Source: Amoeboaphelidium protococcarum X5 (taxonomy: Eukaryota; Fungi; Aphelidiomycota). From it: a stretch of DNA of 11,036 nucleotides. The stretch covers positions 380,447 through 391,482 of the forward strand of contig JALDTO010000154.1 in assembly GCA_023515725.1 (NCBI GenBank), written 5' to 3'. The number at the start of each line of letters is the position of its first letter. The stretch's first letter is position 1. Below are positions 8,693 through 11,036 of the stretch, in pieces. A model generated the notes under the pieces. That model was not told where the DNA came from, did not search any database, and saw only the letters and a list, made by a program, of their open reading frames with translations. A program made the position numbers and the translations under genes.

Positions 8693-9057
8693 TCAAGACC
8701 ATAGCTAATCGTAGGAGAATGTTATTAACAACTTGTCTTCAATAGCATGGCACTACATTAATCGAACATAAAAAAACGCATTCCGATTCTATATAATGTA
8801 AACAATACACGAAAGATATTGGCCAAGATTTCATCCGGTAGAGGGACAAAGGCATTATTAATGTAAGTGTAAACGCGTCTTGAGGCTATGTGAGCAGAGT
8901 CATCTTTGAGAAACTGCTTCTGTAAAAAGTCAGTCACCATCTTGAACGTCTGTTTCGAGCTTATTTTCACCTTATTTTGATTTAAATTAGGTGCATTACC
9001 GGCAGACTTGAATTGTATGATAATCTTCTCAGGACACTGCGAAAGTTCCAGCGGCAT
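8693..9057 (-). CDS. ATG12: ubiquitin-like autophagy protein ATG12, 102 aa, exons 9057-8809 and 8752-8693
   Basis: KIIIQFKSAGNAPNLNQNKVKISSKQTFKMVTDFLQKQF...VYTYINNAFVPLPDEILANIFR, then a 56-nt GTATTG...GTAG intron (8808-8753), then CHAIEDKLLITFSYDQLWS-TGA. Matches the ATG12 pattern G-AP-L...F..V..FL-K...Y-N--F-P-PD. Confidence 0.9.
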
Positions 9058-9228
9058 GGTTTCCGTGCTTCAGACGGACCGAGAGTGAAAGGGGAAAGAA
9101 AACGCTCAGAAAGCAAACACTGTTCAAAAGCTTAACATACTGATTTTTTATCGCCATTGCTATCAATCTTGTTGCCACTCTAAAATGTCTTTTCTCGTCT
9201 TGGTATACCACCTACACAAGTTTGTCGA

Positions 9229-9457
9229 CATGAAGCATCACACTTAAAAATCTCGTGCCTGATTCATGCATGTGGGTTAATCGATCATTGGTACACTTTA
9301 TAAAAGCTCCAGCAATCTTTTCATTGGGGTCCCCACATAGCCCCTTAATAGCAGAGTAACAGTATAGTACGAGCATAACGATAAGCAATTACAAAACACT
9401 TCTATGATTTAGTGATCAGATGTTAAGCAAGGCGCAATAGAGTCTCTTGCAAGACCT
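9229..9457 (-). ncRNA. candidate Fanzor omegaRNA scaffold region (boundaries uncertain)
   Basis: Non-coding stretch just 3' of the Fanzor-like ORF with adjacent inverted repeats: ATGTGGG/CCCACAT (9338-9332/9276-9270) enclosing AAAAG/CTTTT, and CATGAA/TTCATG (9268-9263/9234-9229). The assignment rests mainly on position. Confidence 0.4.
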
Positions 9458-11036
9458 TCATATGGACATCACGAACTCCTTGTATAGTGTCTAATCCGCT
9501 TAGTTCGCAGTAATCAATTTCAATTCTTCCTTAGAAAAACTTCGAGACATAACATTACATGATCCAACATTATCCCGATATGCACGAAAATCACCCAACA
9601 TGAAGTACTCATCAGCACCAAGACAGTTATGTAGCACATTCTGAAACGGATGTTGTTTCGACGTAAACTCCTCCGTTGTCACGAGCACTTACTTTCCAGA
9701 TCTAAATATATTAGCTTATGCCATTGCAATAAGTTTCATACGACACTTGTAATGGCTAAACGCCAATAGAGTCTTCCGCGTATTTTTATGGAGAATATGC
9801 CCAGAATTTTATTAACCACGCGAGTGTGTTACCAGTACATCGGCCGTATCACTTAGAACGGGAGGTAGATTCAAACGCTTTCTCCGTTTCTTCACCATCT
9901 TAATAGTCAGAAACTCGGGAAGAATGATTAGATCATAATGCCGCATCAAAAAGTTGCCAATTCGGTTATGCAAATTCGATACATATGCAGAGAATTTGGT
10001 GTAAGCACGACTAATGCCAATATCAGTGGGAACAACATTATTCTTTGATTACTTCCATGTGTGCCATAATTCTTTCTTCTACGCTTTAAACTCCTCCAGA
10101 CTCAATTGTCCATTCTGTAAAGCAGCTGCGCGATTATCCATCTAATCTTTCAGAGACTATGCATTGGAAATCTATTCACTCTTATTCTTATAAAGCTACT
10201 TGAAATCAGGCGCAATCGCAATGAATGACCTGCGATCCAAATCGAAGACGGTCATGCTCACTCTAACACCTGGATCCACCGAGCAAGTGTTTCCAGTTTA
10301 ACGGCAACGCGCATCACGGCGGCTTATAAATGATCTAGCACCTTCAAGATTCTCATCTGCATTATTCATATCTTGCAGTTGCTAGTAATACCAATCAGTG
10401 AATGGACCTTATATACAGGAGGCATCATACGAAACAATCACAAAGAACTTTTTTCTTCTTTTCACGAGCTTGAACTCTCTTCCTCTGCCATAGCCAAACT
10501 TGATGAAACGGGGCCAGTAGTCAATCTTGCCAGGCTCTTAGAATAGAGGATCTTTGGCATACAGTTTCCCAAAGCTCTTGAGGAATGAAGGCAGTAGGCG
10601 GACGCGATTGCTATCTGGATCTACACGGGCATCTTACGCTTGAAACTGGAGCATCTAAAACTAATCATCATCTCTATTTGGCATAAAGTTGTAGTCTTTG
10701 ATATCACCCTTTGTATACTTCTCATGAGCCGCATAGTAATACGTGCGAGTCGCATTAATAATCTCATCTTGCACTGTAGATGGCATTCGCATCCAACGCA
10801 ATCTTGGGTCGTCATCAGGCACGCGGCACTTTTTGGCTTTGACTTAACTTAGCGCAACATGGTTCCTTAGCGCTTGTATTGACACCTTTTCTCCTTAATC
10901 TCTGGAATCATTCAAAATGTTAATGATGAAATTGACCATTTGAAACTTGAGATCCAGCCATTCATTGAATTTGTGTATGAACTTCTTATCAGGGAATATA
11001 CGAATATTAATCGAGCGTATCTGATCATACTGATTC
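9458..11036 (-). CDS. Fanzor2/TnpB-like RuvC endonuclease, 5'-truncated by window edge, at least 525 aa
   Basis: Single TGA-free, intronless frame 11035 to 9458 with TAR=Gln: IRSINIRIFPDK (TnpB-like N-terminal strand), RuvC-I SVDPGVRVSMTVFD (D 10276-10274), LHNRIGNFLMRHYDLIILPEF, LLAFSHYKCRMKL, VLVTTEEFTSK (E 9673-9671), RuvC-III YRDNVGSCNV (D 9574-9572); TGA 9460-9458. Confidence 0.88.

Noticed and set aside
8758-8808. ATG12 C terminus VLFTLYRIGMRFFMFD from the unspliced ORF
   Set aside because: This is intron sequence; splicing 8808-8753 restores an ATG12-like C terminus.
9254-9264. 11-nt inverted match (CGTGCCTGATT) to 602-612 as a Fanzor guide-target pair
   Set aside because: Many 11-mer matches are expected by chance in 11 kb, and this one lies inside the putative scaffold hairpin.

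Overview
Compact eukaryotic (fungal-like) genomic DNA that uses a non-standard nuclear code, TAA/TAG = Gln with TGA as the only stop (table 6-like). This is why the supplied ORF track is fragmented. An aphelid such as Amoeboaphelidium protococcarum would fit, but the organism is an inference. Read by hand with that code, the window contains, in order: (1) a degenerate, possibly tyrosine-recombinase-derived remnant; (2) a tRNA-Pro(UGG) gene; (3) an intact Ty3/gypsy LTR retrotransposon (1584-7098, identical 298-bp LTRs, 4-bp TSD) inserted 13 bp upstream of the tRNA, with a Tf1-style self-priming site, a single in-frame TGA between gag and pol, and no chromodomain; (4) a five-exon STE20-family (OSR1/STRAD-like) pseudokinase; (5) a two-exon ATG12 whose C-terminal Gly is replaced by Ser; (6) an uninterrupted, 5'-truncated Fanzor2/TnpB-like RNA-guided nuclease ORF with an intact D-E-D RuvC triad, no zinc-finger cysteines, and a hairpin-rich downstream region that is a candidate omegaRNA.
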